Source of the DNA: a virus
Reading direction: 5' to 3' (one strand)
Length of the DNA: 64,000 nt
Virus record (IMG/VR): IMGVR_UViG_3300044846_005229
Coordinates: 143,986 to 207,985 of that record
Below, in pieces: positions 36,078-45,604 of this stretch. The notes beneath the pieces are model-generated. The model worked only from the letters and a program-made list of their open reading frames with translations, was not told where the DNA came from and did no database searches. The first letter of the stretch is position 1, and every line of letters starts with the position of its first letter. A program made the translations under genes and the position numbers.

Positions 36078-36836
36078 TCATATCTTAGGCAATTCAACTA
36101 CTTTGCTGATAGGTTCTGGGGGTACCATGGCATCAGCCCCACCATCGGCCCCACCAATCATCTTACCGTTATCAGCCATAGCCGCCATGGCATTCACACC
36201 ATAACTATGAGCAGTTTGGATAAAATGGGCTTCAACTTCTGCCTTGGCTCCTTCAACCATTTCCTCAGTTGCTTCTCTAAAGGATTCCACTGCAAAGTTA
36301 AGGTTTTTAGGTAGATTACTAGCTTGAGACTTCAAATTAGCTACAATTCCCTTCAGTTTAACTTTACTGATAGACTTATCATTTAGTATCTCTTCCAGTT
36401 GGCCTGCAATGGCATTGATTCCTTGCATAGCCTTATCAAGTTCAACCCCAAACTCCTTATCGAAACTATCTTTCCGGCTCTTTTCTGGGTGTTTAATCCC
36501 AGGAATAGCAACCAGTGGGCCCTCAGAAAGGCGATTCAAAGTAATTAGGGTAGCTTGACTTCTACCTGCTCCGGAGCCAAATCTCCCCCATTGGGCTTCA
36601 CTCATTGAGAACTCAACAACTTGACCCTTAGGAAATACCCAATCCCTATGCAAATCCCTTTCCAACTCCGCAGTTTGGATGGTTACCGATATGTAATGCC
36701 CATGGCTCAAGTCAGACCCGAACAAATTAACTCCGGGTGAACATTGCGGGCGAGTAACTGTGATCACCCCGTAAGCAGGATGACTGTAAACTTGGTTGTT
36801 GTCTTTGGTGGTGATGGTGGGGAGTTGATTGCTCAT
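36078..36836 (-). CDS. hypothetical protein (252 aa), start moved to MSNQLPTITT
   Basis: The track N-terminus is a Gln-rich low-complexity stretch (CAG/CAA repeats). Confidence 0.5.
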   Translation of the reverse strand: MSNQLPTITTKDNNQVYSHPAYGVITVTRPQCSPGVNLFGSDLSHGHYISVTIQTAELERDLHRDWVFPKGQVVEFSMSEAQWGRFGSGAGRSQATLITLNRLSEGPLVAIPGIKHPEKSRKDSFDKEFGVELDKAMQGINAIAGQLEEILNDKSISKVKLKGIVANLKSQASNLPKNLNFAVESFREATEEMVEGAKAEVEAHFIQTAHSYGVNAMAAMADNGKMIGGADGGADAMVPPEPISKVVELPKI

Positions 36837-36930
36837 TGTTTTTGTTGGGGTTGTTGTTGCTGGGGGTTGTTGCTGTCGCTGCTGTTGTCGCTGTCGGGTT
36901 ATATGGAAAGGGCCCATATCCACTATCTAA

Positions 36931-37386
36931 TCAACGATTGGCGGTGATTTTGGGACGACTAAAAATGGTAGCAACATAAATGCGCCCCCTTTTAGCCATA
37001 GCCGATACTGCTTTGTTGCGATTAAATACCGAAACTTTCTTAACCGTGGGTTCCATATTAGCCTTGGCAGCATCTTCTAGGGCCTTCAGTTTGGCTTTGG
37101 CAACTTCCACCGTTTGGGTAGCCTTTTGGATCTTAGCATTGCCAGAAAAATCGTATTCCTTGTCATCCCGCAGAATGAAATTACCATAAATTGTCTCAAT
37201 TTTCTTAAGTTTGGCGGCATTCAGTTTTCCCACAATGGAAGCCTTAACAGCATTCTTACGCTCAGTCAGAACAGCAATACGTTCTTCCAGCGAAGATAAG
37301 CGACGGACAAGATTCTCGGTGGTTTGGGTTTGGATTGTGGTTTGGATTGTGGTTTGAGCGATGGCTATGGCTTCGGTGTGTGTCAA
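36931..37386 (-). CDS. coiled-coil protein (151 aa)
   Basis: ORF track; heptad-like K/A/E-rich sequence. Confidence 0.5.
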   Translation of the reverse strand: MTHTEAIAIAQTTIQTTIQTQTTENLVRRLSSLEERIAVLTERKNAVKASIVGKLNAAKLKKIETIYGNFILRDDKEYDFSGNAKIQKATQTVEVAKAKLKALEDAAKANMEPTVKKVSVFNRNKAVSAMAKRGRIYVATIFSRPKITANR

Positions 37387-37487
37387 CTGAACCCATTATA
37401 GATGATGCCTGCCCCCTTGTCAACCCCCTAACCAAAACGCAACTAACACCAAGCATCTTGCTACGGGGGCAGCGGCGACAATGACTA

Positions 37488-37787
37488 CTAAACTAACTTG
37501 GCTTGAATTTTATCTAATTTCTCCAGTAGGATACTCATGGACTTGGCTTCCCCCACTGCAAGGTCTAATTGCCCCCTGGTCACATAAGTAGCAATACGCT
37601 CACTTTGTTTTGTGCGGAATACTGGGCAAAAAGACTCAGCACATTGTGCTAAGATGCCCCATTCTTCATTACTTAATTCAATCGAACGCTTGATCGGGTT
37701 ATCTACACCATTGTCAAAATCCCCGTAATCATTAAACTTTTTTCCGAACTCGAAAGTAACCAATGGGTATTCAATTGGTGTGGTCAT
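37488..37787 (-). CDS. hypothetical protein (99 aa)
   Basis: ORF track; 4-nt overlap with the upstream gene. Confidence 0.5.
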   Translation of the reverse strand: MTTPIEYPLVTFEFGKKFNDYGDFDNGVDNPIKRSIELSNEEWGILAQCAESFCPVFRTKQSERIATYVTRGQLDLAVGEAKSMSILLEKLDKIQAKLV

Positions 37788-38023
37788 TTGGTGTTATGCA
37801 ATTTATGAAGTTTATTCAGAAAGAGGAAACCAGCGTATTTATGGAAAACTTCAACAGGTCTCCAATCATTGAAGTATTCAGATGACAGAAACCATTTGCC
37901 ACTTTCCGATTTATATACTCTGCCACACTCTGACATTGTATTTGAACTGCGGTAAACGACCAGAGACGGTTTATTTACTGAGATGTAGAGGGGGGATTGG
38001 TATTTTGTTTGGGGTTTGTCCAT
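37784..38023 (-). CDS. hypothetical protein (79 aa)
   Basis: ORF track. Confidence 0.45.
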   Translation of the reverse strand: MDKPQTKYQSPLYISVNKPSLVVYRSSNTMSECGRVYKSESGKWFLSSEYFNDWRPVEVFHKYAGFLFLNKLHKLHNTK

Positions 38024-38073
38024 GGTGGAGGCGGAAAGGGGATGAGGATGGGCTTAAATAAATGTGGAAACAA

Positions 38074-38796
38074 TCAACTAAAGATATCCACTGTTTCTTT
38101 TTTCTTAATCTGCCAGTAAGTGTCTCGTGTAGCATTATACGCAGTTAAAATACCTGAGAATACAGCCCCGGTATCAATCCCGATACGGTCATTAGTTATG
38201 TCCGGATCTTTACCTACGATAGTATGACCATGGACAACTCTCTTTATTTTGGCGGTCCATTCATGCAGTTCAGGTCCCAGGCTAAGGAATGGTTCACGTA
38301 TCCATAGTAGGTTGTCGGCCTTTTTAGTTTTAATTTGTTCAAAGGGATCATGCCCAGGAAACACTCCAGCATGAATAAACATTGTGTCCCCCACAGTCAT
38401 GTAGATAGGTAGTTGTTTGATCCATTCATAGTGATTGGCCTTCATGTCTTCAAACTGTTTAAGATTGCCGCCATTCTTCACCCAAAGCGTCAAAGAATTG
38501 TATCCCCACGAGGTTTCGGATCCTACAACAACATCCATAAACATACGCTCATGGTTACCCCTCAGCACATTGAAACTTTCTAGTCCTGCACTTTCGGGGT
38601 CATCCATAAGCTCCTTGACTTTGTTAAGGACCTTCATATCTTCCCCGCCACGATCTATCAAGTCCCCCAGCAGAATCACTCGCGCCCTGGTTCCATTAAG
38701 CCACTTTAATGCGGCAGCTAAAACATCATAACGAGCGTGGATGTCACCAATGGCTACTACATCACCGGCATTTACTTTTTTCCTTAGTTTAGTCAT
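38074..38796 (-). CDS. calcineurin-like metallophosphoesterase (PPP/lambda-phosphatase-type: GDIHARYD ... GDLIDRGGED ... GNHE)
   Basis: Canonical metallophosphatase motifs I-III; directly downstream of the P-loop kinase gene. Confidence 0.8.
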   Translation of the reverse strand: MTKLRKKVNAGDVVAIGDIHARYDVLAAALKWLNGTRARVILLGDLIDRGGEDMKVLNKVKELMDDPESAGLESFNVLRGNHERMFMDVVVGSETSWGYNSLTLWVKNGGNLKQFEDMKANHYEWIKQLPIYMTVGDTMFIHAGVFPGHDPFEQIKTKKADNLLWIREPFLSLGPELHEWTAKIKRVVHGHTIVGKDPDITNDRIGIDTGAVFSGILTAYNATRDTYWQIKKKETVDIFS

Positions 38797-38891
38797 TTTA
38801 CTTCGGGGGTTTTACTTTGGGGTTAATACTTCGGTATTTACCCTGTGGATATCCTATGGGTAATCTTGCGGGGTCACCATACGGGACCATA

Positions 38892-39389
38892 CTACGGACC
38901 CTTGCGGCAACCAACATATTCTACCATAGAAAAACCTTCCGTGTCAACCCCCCTTAAGGACGCTTGCAAGGCAGAGTGCATCTTTTCAATAACCAACTCA
39001 GGTACATTGCGACCCCTAGCTGCATTTTGCTTAAGACAAATTTCCAGGGGTGGATTCACTATGATGGCTCTAATGTTAGGGTACCCATAACTCTGGAGCA
39101 AAGCAATTGCATCCTTGCGGTATTTTGCCCTATAATGGGTGCCATCCATAATTAACACCTTACCAACATTTTCCTCTATCAGGTTTTCAATACGATCTTG
39201 AATAACCATCCATTCGCCCTGAATATTGGCATCCCCATATAATTCTGCTCGGATTTGGTCCCCGGAGAGGATTACTGCGTTTTCACGTTCAGCAAGCCTA
39301 GCAGCATAGGTGGATTTACCGGAGCCAGGGGCCCCTACCATGATGTAGGCGTAGTTGTGGTTGCAGGTGAGGGTGTTTATAGGGACCAT
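38892..39389 (-). CDS. P-loop nucleotide/polynucleotide kinase-like protein (GAPGSGKST Walker A), about 165 aa
   Basis: IMVGAPGSGKSTYAARLAERENAVILSGDQIRAELYGD resembles the Pnk/zeta-toxin-type AAA kinase fold. ATG directly preceded by a C11T11 tract; start moved from the track position. Confidence 0.65.
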   Translation of the reverse strand: MVPINTLTCNHNYAYIMVGAPGSGKSTYAARLAERENAVILSGDQIRAELYGDANIQGEWMVIQDRIENLIEENVGKVLIMDGTHYRAKYRKDAIALLQSYGYPNIRAIIVNPPLEICLKQNAARGRNVPELVIEKMHSALQASLRGVDTEGFSMVEYVGCRKGP

Positions 39390-39499
39390 AAAAAAAAAAA
39401 GGGGGGGGGGGTTCAAGGACCAGGAGTGTAGGGGTTCAAGGACCAAGGATGCCATAACCACATCAATTACACTTAGTATAGCATACCGCCAACCAAAGG

Positions 39500-39742
39500 T
39501 CAACGCCCGAAAGTCAAAAACCTATATCTATCCAACCAATCCTTTAGCAAATCATCATCTTCGACTACTTGGGAGTTTTGATTTACAAAATCTTCAACTA
39601 CCCACGCAACTTCTTTGAATTGCAATTCATTGCAATCCGGTTTGAATGAGACTTTGAGATTGGGGTATTTGGGTAGTATGGCCGCTAGTTGTGACTTTAG
39701 ACTTGATGGTGTGCTCATTTTGCAACTGCCGGGATTCAACAA
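39500..39742 (-). CDS. hypothetical protein (80 aa)
   Basis: ORF track. Confidence 0.45.
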   Translation of the reverse strand: MLNPGSCKMSTPSSLKSQLAAILPKYPNLKVSFKPDCNELQFKEVAWVVEDFVNQNSQVVEDDDLLKDWLDRYRFLTFGR

Positions 39743-39757
39743 ACTTACCCATTATCC

Positions 39758-39988
39758 TCAAAGGTCAGTCTCTAAGGCAATTTCCCCCAAGTTAAACCTT
39801 TCCATAATGTCCAAATAACCTGCATTCAAGATACCTTGAATAAGGTCACCGTCATCTAGTTCCTTCAGATTTGCAGTCAAGGCTTCGCAATAAACACGAA
39901 TAAGTTCCTTAACTGGTGCATTTTCTGCAACACGGGACACCAAAATGTCGATCAGTTCGTTGCGATTTTCAATCGATTTAGGAGCCAT
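39758..39988 (-). CDS. hypothetical protein (about 76 aa), start at MAPKSIENRN
   Basis: The track start is a TTG; the N-terminal NRPNRPNRLNKLN is encoded by ggtctgtt tandem repeats. Confidence 0.45.
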   Translation of the reverse strand: MAPKSIENRNELIDILVSRVAENAPVKELIRVYCEALTANLKELDDGDLIQGILNAGYLDIMERFNLGEIALETDL

Positions 39989-40110
39989 TTTTTGTCTGTT
40001 TAGTTTGTTTAGTCTGTTCGGTCTGTTCGGTCTGTTTAGTCCGTTTGGTCCATCAATGTAATTATACAATTACCTTAATATAACCAAGATGTAACCCCCA
40101 GGGATTACAA

Positions 40111-40199
40111 AGGAAGAAGGGGGATTCGAACCCCCGGAGCCGCGAAAGCGACTCTGCAGTTTTCAAGACTGCTGCTATCAGCCACTCAGCCACTCTTCC
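40111..40199 (-). tRNA. tRNA-Ser(UGA), type II (long variable arm)
   Basis: Manual fold: acceptor GGAAGAG/TTCTTCC, D-arm, anticodon loop CUUGAAA, variable hairpin, T-loop GGGGGTTCGAATCCCCC. Confidence 0.75.
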
Positions 40200-40236
40200 A
40201 GTGGTTCATCTAATGGGCCTTCAATTGGGCCAGAAC

Positions 40237-41097
40237 CTATGACTTTATCTCACCTTGTTCTAATTCACTTGGGGTTTCTTTCTTTGGCCCCTTTGAAATT
40301 TTACGATTAGATTTGTAGCCGCACTTGCTTAATTTGTCTAGGAACAAAAATAGTCTATCTAACCAAGTTAGAGTGGGCAAGGTAGCTTTCGGTCCGAACA
40401 TCGGGGTTTTTCTGCCTTTCCAATTTAGGCCGATTCCGGCTTCACTTTCGATATGAATGACCACGATTTCCGGTAGTAACTCTCTTTTTTCTCGTGGCCA
40501 CTTTTTGCAATGCAAAACATCTGTGCGATCCGCAAATCCGTGCTTGCTCGGGTATTGACTTACCCCTGAACCTACTGGATTCCACATTTGGAAGTAACCG
40601 ATTGGCTCATAGCCCCCTTGCCAAGTTTTGTATTCAGCAATTCTGACCCCGACCGGATACCTGTCTAAATGGATAAAAATCCAAGAATCTTGAATGGGAG
40701 ATGGCTTATCTACAAACTTTATCCAATCTTCATAACCAGGGCACATCAAACGGTCGGCACCATAGATCTTTTCCTTATCTAGGGGTAAATTCTCTAGAAT
40801 TGATCGTGTTTGAGGGGGCAAGTAGATATCTGAGTCCAGGTGCAGAACCCATCCATCTAGGCTTAGTTTTTCTAACCCTGCATTTATTCCTTTGCCTTTA
40901 TTAAAGGAGTCACCGTTCTCATAAAAAACATCCGTTTGAACACACTCTACATTGTAGTATTCGCATAGCTTCTTAGTATCGTTATCCTTAGTATCGGTAA
41001 CGACTACGAGTTTATCAAATTGATTTCGGGTGCTGGGCAAGGTATGGGCCAGGAAGTCAGAGTAGTTGACGCAAATAATGACGGCTTCGAGTTTCAC
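40237..41097 (-). CDS. putative GT-A-fold glycosyltransferase (286 aa; DSD motif)
   Basis: VIICVNYSDFLAHTL...KLVVVTDTKDNDT...GINAGLEKL...LHLDSDIYLPP follows the nucleotide-sugar transferase GT-A pattern (pattern-level only). Confidence 0.45.
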   Translation of the reverse strand: MKLEAVIICVNYSDFLAHTLPSTRNQFDKLVVVTDTKDNDTKKLCEYYNVECVQTDVFYENGDSFNKGKGINAGLEKLSLDGWVLHLDSDIYLPPQTRSILENLPLDKEKIYGADRLMCPGYEDWIKFVDKPSPIQDSWIFIHLDRYPVGVRIAEYKTWQGGYEPIGYFQMWNPVGSGVSQYPSKHGFADRTDVLHCKKWPREKRELLPEIVVIHIESEAGIGLNWKGRKTPMFGPKATLPTLTWLDRLFLFLDKLSKCGYKSNRKISKGPKKETPSELEQGEIKS

Positions 41098-41146
41098 GGT
41101 TGGACGGGGGGGTAAGCCTACCTTAAATTTTACCCCCCCCCGTTCA

Positions 41147-41350
41147 TTAACCTTTCAAATTAGATTTGGCAAGGTCTAATGCGATCCAGTTTTTCAGGGT
41201 TTGAAGACTGCGAATTTTTGCCTGAAGGTGTGATAATCCTTCTTCGGAAAAAGACTCAGGACATAACTCTCGTTCAGCAATTAGTTCCCCTGCGTACATT
41301 TCAAGAGCTTCGATGGCTAGCTCTTTATCTTGTTTGGAAATTAGTGACAT
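41147..41350 (-). CDS. hypothetical protein (67 aa)
   Basis: ORF track. Confidence 0.45.
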   Translation of the reverse strand: MSLISKQDKELAIEALEMYAGELIAERELCPESFSEEGLSHLQAKIRSLQTLKNWIALDLAKSNLKG

Positions 41351-41353
41351 GGC

Positions 41354-42730
41354 CTATGAGTTGAAACCTTTGGGTGCGTTGAATCTTGGCTTGGACTTCT
41401 CTTTCTTGGAGCTAACAGCCCATTCAGACCCTTCTTTCGAAGATGAATTATCTGTCTCGCAAAATCTCTTTGCCCCCACGTAGAAAGTTTCTTTTAACTT
41501 TTGGGTAAGCTCATAGAACTTGGCGTCTGCCTCTGTATTTGAACCTAGTTTTGGTACTCTAAATCGCAAAGTTCCAAAAAACCTACCCTTGCCGACCTCG
41601 TAAGTTTCTTGAATTTTGTTGTATGCTTTTCCACTTACAATGTCATCTTCCGTCAGCTCTAAAAGACCCTCAATCATCTCTTTCGTTGGAGCTTGCTTAA
41701 CATTGGTGTCTTTGGACAAATTGCTGAAGATAAGATTGTCGGTAATACGGTAGAATCTGTTCAAATTACCTAACAAAGACCGCTTGTATTCTCGGACATT
41801 CCGTTGAACTTTCCTTAGGGTGTTACCCTTGGTAGGATCATAACCGATGATTTTACAAAAGTATAGGTCTTCATAACTTTGACCTTTTTCCAGGGTCTGA
41901 ATCTCATTCGTTGCACAAGCGAGTAAGACTTGAAGGTCCAGTGAGCCCATGTGACTACGGAGGTTAGAACGGGGGTAGTCATAAGGGGCAATCCATCCAA
42001 AATACGCACGAGAGTAATCACCTACCACTATTGCTTTTTCGGTTGAACACGGTGAGTCATTAGGGTATTTCGCCAACCGATCATAGCCAGGCAGGATTTT
42101 GGGCGCATGTTGGTTGTTAGAGTAAGTAACCTTAAATGACGGGAACACTTTAGCTACCTCTTCCTCAGTTTGTCTTTCTATAAGAGCAGGGTCTAACGGT
42201 GTTGAAGAATCCATAGTATAGTACAAGTCCGGAATAATAACATCTAAGGTTTCAGTTCGGAGTTTCAGGTCTCTCTTTCTTAATTCGTACTCTTTTGTTA
42301 TATTATTAATTGTCAATTCCTCCTGCAATTTTTTACATTGCCCCTGAGTAAGGGAATCTAAAAAGTGCCAAAATTCTAAAACTTTATTCCAATTCTTTCC
42401 GAGAACTCTCTCAGGTTCATTGAGTACGATGGCCGGGTTTAGGCTTGAAAGGTCGTTGAACCTTCGTAGAAGAATTGAGTGAATAACACTAATTCCTAGG
42501 GCCTTAGCTGTGATTTTATCTAGATTAGGGATACCTATAGAGAGATGCCCCTTCGCTAGAAAAGCCTGAAAGTCCATCACTCCCATGCCCTTAGAGAGCA
42601 TAATCGCTTCACTCTGGGCACAAGGGCTGAGACATCTTTCTTCTCTCACCAGTTCGTAACCCTTACCGGGCATACCCCCAGGCTGAGACCATTTTTTAGT
42701 TAGTTTGTTTATTAGTCCGGTGTTTGCCAT
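41354..42730 (-). CDS. large hypothetical protein (458 aa) sharing a domain with 16132..16716
   Basis: ORF track; internal paralogy noted above. Confidence 0.65.
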   Translation of the reverse strand: MANTGLINKLTKKWSQPGGMPGKGYELVREERCLSPCAQSEAIMLSKGMGVMDFQAFLAKGHLSIGIPNLDKITAKALGISVIHSILLRRFNDLSSLNPAIVLNEPERVLGKNWNKVLEFWHFLDSLTQGQCKKLQEELTINNITKEYELRKRDLKLRTETLDVIIPDLYYTMDSSTPLDPALIERQTEEEVAKVFPSFKVTYSNNQHAPKILPGYDRLAKYPNDSPCSTEKAIVVGDYSRAYFGWIAPYDYPRSNLRSHMGSLDLQVLLACATNEIQTLEKGQSYEDLYFCKIIGYDPTKGNTLRKVQRNVREYKRSLLGNLNRFYRITDNLIFSNLSKDTNVKQAPTKEMIEGLLELTEDDIVSGKAYNKIQETYEVGKGRFFGTLRFRVPKLGSNTEADAKFYELTQKLKETFYVGAKRFCETDNSSSKEGSEWAVSSKKEKSKPRFNAPKGFNS

Positions 42731-42816
42731 TTTTTTTATAGTTGTTGGTGTAGGTTGTTAATGAAAAGGATACAAATTTTGGTTACAAACCATGGTCATT
42801 ATTACCCAAAGTCAAA

Positions 42817-42906
42817 TAGGCGCGTAGGGAATCGAACCCTAACTAGCCGGTAATCTGCCGGAGAGGTCTTCATAAGGGACCCTGTGCTACCGTACACCAC
42901 ACGCCC
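42817..42906 (-). tRNA. type II tRNA (long variable arm) with anticodon loop reading CUUAUGA (apparent UAU) and a C31:A39 mismatch; identity uncertain
   Basis: Manual fold: acceptor GGGCGTG/CGCGCCT (two G:U pairs), T-loop TAGGGTTCGATTCCCTA, variable hairpin CCGG-N7-CCGG. Anticodon assignment is not secure. Confidence 0.5.
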
Positions 42907-43110
42907 GAATTTCCAGGAGTTAAACAATCGTGTTAATTACCCCGTTAGTTTCCAATTAGTTTTAATTAGGTGAAAAATCGCCCCTGGCTTTGTTAGAGCC
43001 ATTGTTTAATGGTGTTTGGTTATGGACGTATCCATGGAACCATGTAGTGTATTATCAATGGGGCATTTCCTAAACGTTAATCGTTTCTACAGCGGCCAAC
43101 TTAAATCAAG

Positions 43111-43260
43111 TCAACCAGCAACATCCTGATCGTAAAGATCAAGAGCCTCTAGAACTTCTACCCCCGTCTCAGCAGCATCTAGCCGAAGAAGCAAATCTGC
43201 AGCAGCAGGATTACTTTCAGACAGTACAGCTGCCTTAGCAGCAATCAGAGCATTAGCCAT
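43111..43260 (-). CDS. possible 49-aa Ala-rich peptide between two tRNAs
   Basis: Manual rc translation MANALIAAKAAVLSESNPAAADLLLRLDAAETGVEVLEALDLYDQDVAG. Confidence 0.3.
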   Translation of the reverse strand: MANALIAAKAAVLSESNPAAADLLLRLDAAETGVEVLEALDLYDQDVAG

Positions 43261-43319
43261 TTTTGTTTGTTTTTGTGAGCTTTGTTTAACACTTGGTATG
43301 GCTGCATCTCAGCAACCAA

Positions 43320-43391
43320 CACCCTGAGAGGGATTTGAACCCCCGACCGACGACTTAGAAGGTCGCTGCTCTTCCACTGAGCTACCAGGGC
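43320..43391 (-). tRNA. tRNA-Arg(UCU)
   Basis: Manual fold: GCCCTGG-TA-GCTCAGTGGAAGAGC-A-GCGAC-CTTCTAA-GTCGT-CGGTC-GGGGGTTCAAATCCCTC-TCAGGGT. Confidence 0.75.
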
Positions 43392-43510
43392 TTGATATTT
43401 GGTTGATGGCTGCGGGTGGAAGCACCCCCGGCATCTACACCTATTATAGCACGTTTTTGGGCAAAGTCAATGGGTGTTGCCGAACGCTGCCGGTCACTAC
43501 CCGATACCAA

Positions 43511-43795
43511 TCAAATAGTATAATAATGAATTAAACTGAACGATCCAGGGAATTTTCGGGTAGCATCATCCAAGGCAGCAATCTCCTGTATCTTCCCGTA
43601 GGCCCTATCCATGTTTTCCTGAGAATCCCAAAATAACAAGACCGTAACCTGACCGCCTCTAACTGAGTCTATTTGCTTTCTGATGAACCCTTGCTGTTGT
43701 CTTAGCCATGGTTCCCAAACTTTACCGTATGTGTCAAGAAAATCTGTGATGGATTGCGATGGTATAACTTGAAATGTTAAACTTTCGATTTTCAC
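43511..43795 (-). CDS. hypothetical protein (94 aa)
   Basis: ORF track. Confidence 0.5.
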   Translation of the reverse strand: MKIESLTFQVIPSQSITDFLDTYGKVWEPWLRQQQGFIRKQIDSVRGGQVTVLLFWDSQENMDRAYGKIQEIAALDDATRKFPGSFSLIHYYTI

Positions 43796-43825
43796 TTTGG
43801 GTGTAGGTGTGTTGTTTTTCTTAAC

Positions 43826-44137
43826 TTATTTGCCATCACTATCAGATCGCTTCCATTCTGTCCAATGATCTACTGGGCACCTCATGTTCGCCATTGTCGT
43901 TTTTAGTGGCATATAGCACCCACATCGCTCACAAATTGAACTCTTTTCGTTAAACGCCCCACAAGTATTACTTTCGCAAATTGCTAACCTATCCTTTGCA
44001 ACTTGGCGAGGAGCAATTGTAGGGTCGGCCAGCAATCTAGCAGCGGTATCTCTAATAGAAGCACCGAAGCTACGGCGGCAACACTCGGGGTTTTCGTTGG
44101 TGTTTTCTAAGTTTTTTAAGTTTTTTAAGTTTTCCAT
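43826..44137 (-). CDS. Cys-rich (zinc-ribbon-like) protein, start at MENLKNLKNL
   Basis: CESNTCGAF...ICERCGCYMPL...RCP. ORF track. Confidence 0.5.
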   Translation of the reverse strand: MENLKNLKNLENTNENPECCRRSFGASIRDTAARLLADPTIAPRQVAKDRLAICESNTCGAFNEKSSICERCGCYMPLKTTMANMRCPVDHWTEWKRSDSDGK

Positions 44138-44198
44138 AGTTGCCCTGGGTTGCCCCAATTGTTTAACATGATTACTTCCCGGTTAAATACTACCCCGA

Positions 44199-44660
44199 TC
44201 AATCTGTAAAAGAATCCAACGTGGTTAAATGGGTATGTAAAGTCGATTCTTTGTGGAACCTGTAGACCGACGAGAATTCACCCGTTTGCTGAAAATGCCT
44301 TAGTTCATCTAGCACCACCCTAACTACGGGGCAATCAGAAACCCATGCTTTCATCCAAAAAGTTTGGAACTTTTCCAGGTACTCCCACTTTTGGTCGTGA
44401 GGGGTCCAGACTTTTGTGTACTTTGGCGGGTTCCCCCTCCAAGGCTCACCATAAGAGGAGGGGTCATCAATAGCCAGTCCTTCAATAACATCGTGTGAAT
44501 CCCTTAGAAACCTGAAAAAATAAAAGTCACCTTCAGGGATTTTCCAAGTTACATTGACTATTAGGAATGGAATATCGGGGTAGTTGCCTTTGGATTTTGT
44601 AACTCTCTCAATTACCCTTAGGCTAGTTATTTGAGTGTCCATGATGTCATTCACCCTCAT
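44199..44660 (-). CDS. hypothetical protein (153 aa), start moved to MRVNDIMDT
   Basis: ORF track. Confidence 0.5.
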   Translation of the reverse strand: MRVNDIMDTQITSLRVIERVTKSKGNYPDIPFLIVNVTWKIPEGDFYFFRFLRDSHDVIEGLAIDDPSSYGEPWRGNPPKYTKVWTPHDQKWEYLEKFQTFWMKAWVSDCPVVRVVLDELRHFQQTGEFSSVYRFHKESTLHTHLTTLDSFTD

Positions 44661-44931
44661 CGCCATCCTGTTCTGAATCTTCGGGCACCATACCCAAGAG
44701 CAAGCAATCAAAAAACGCAACTACATCAAAGCGATTAGACGGGTCCACACCGACTTTACGGCAGACTTCAATCGCTGCCTCTTCGAAGGGTAAGTAAGGG
44801 TTTGCCAATCCAAAGGTTCTGAGACGTTGTAGGAAGCAGTCTCGGATTGCAGAATATAAGGATGGTAACTCGGACTCGTCAAGTTCGACTGTGCGTTCAA
44901 TGGCTGTTGGGGCTTTGTATGTGATTTGCAT
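44647..44931 (-). CDS. acidic-tailed hypothetical protein (94 aa)
   Basis: ORF track. Confidence 0.5.
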   Translation of the reverse strand: MQITYKAPTAIERTVELDESELPSLYSAIRDCFLQRLRTFGLANPYLPFEEAAIEVCRKVGVDPSNRFDVVAFFDCLLLGMVPEDSEQDGDEGE

Positions 44932-45066
44932 TTTTGGTCTTTAAGTAGGAAACGAATGTTTGCGTTTGTTGCCAGGGTTAAGTCTTTTGGCATTAAGATG
45001 GTGCCACCCCTCTCGATAAATCGGACAGATTTGAGGAAGGCATGAGGGCGGAGGTTTACAGTCATT

Positions 45067-45525
45067 TTAAGAATTCCTGGCAATAACTTCTTTCAGAAAC
45101 TCCAAGCCTTCTTCATTGCTATCATGGAAATAAGATTCAGCTTCTTCGCCCAGCAAATAGTAGCCAGCACAATCAGGCCAGTCTGAGAATCCTACTTCAC
45201 CCGCCATTACTTGGGCAAATCCTGCGATGCAATGGACAGTACCGCATTCGTTAAAGGCTTCTTTGCCCTCAATGGGTTTGCCAGTTAGCGTGCGGCCCCA
45301 CCGTGGACCCCATGCCTGATGGTAAAGCGCCATATCAAAGTTATCCAAATCACGCTCTACAATCCAAATCGCCACATGGAGAAGGTTAGCCTCTTGTTGC
45401 TCGGGTGTGAGCAGAATGTCTAGGCTCTCAGGGATATGGGGCAGTGGGGGGAGGCCAGATGTGATACCCAGGTTCTGGAGGTTAAGGCGAGTGGTTTCAG
45501 TCAGGGAAAGAGTGGTAGTTGTCAT
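45067..45525 (-). CDS. hypothetical protein family X, paralog of 8654..9106
   Basis: TTLSLTETTRLNLQNLGITSGLPPLPHIPESL...NECGTVHCIAGFAQVMAGEVGF. Start moved to MTTTTLSL. Confidence 0.6.
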   Translation of the reverse strand: MTTTTLSLTETTRLNLQNLGITSGLPPLPHIPESLDILLTPEQQEANLLHVAIWIVERDLDNFDMALYHQAWGPRWGRTLTGKPIEGKEAFNECGTVHCIAGFAQVMAGEVGFSDWPDCAGYYLLGEEAESYFHDSNEEGLEFLKEVIARNS

Positions 45526-45604
45526 TTTTGTGTTTGTGGATAATGTGGGTTTATTGATGGTGTTAGACAAAGTGGTAAGAAAACTATTTCCCCCCTTTTT
45601 TATC

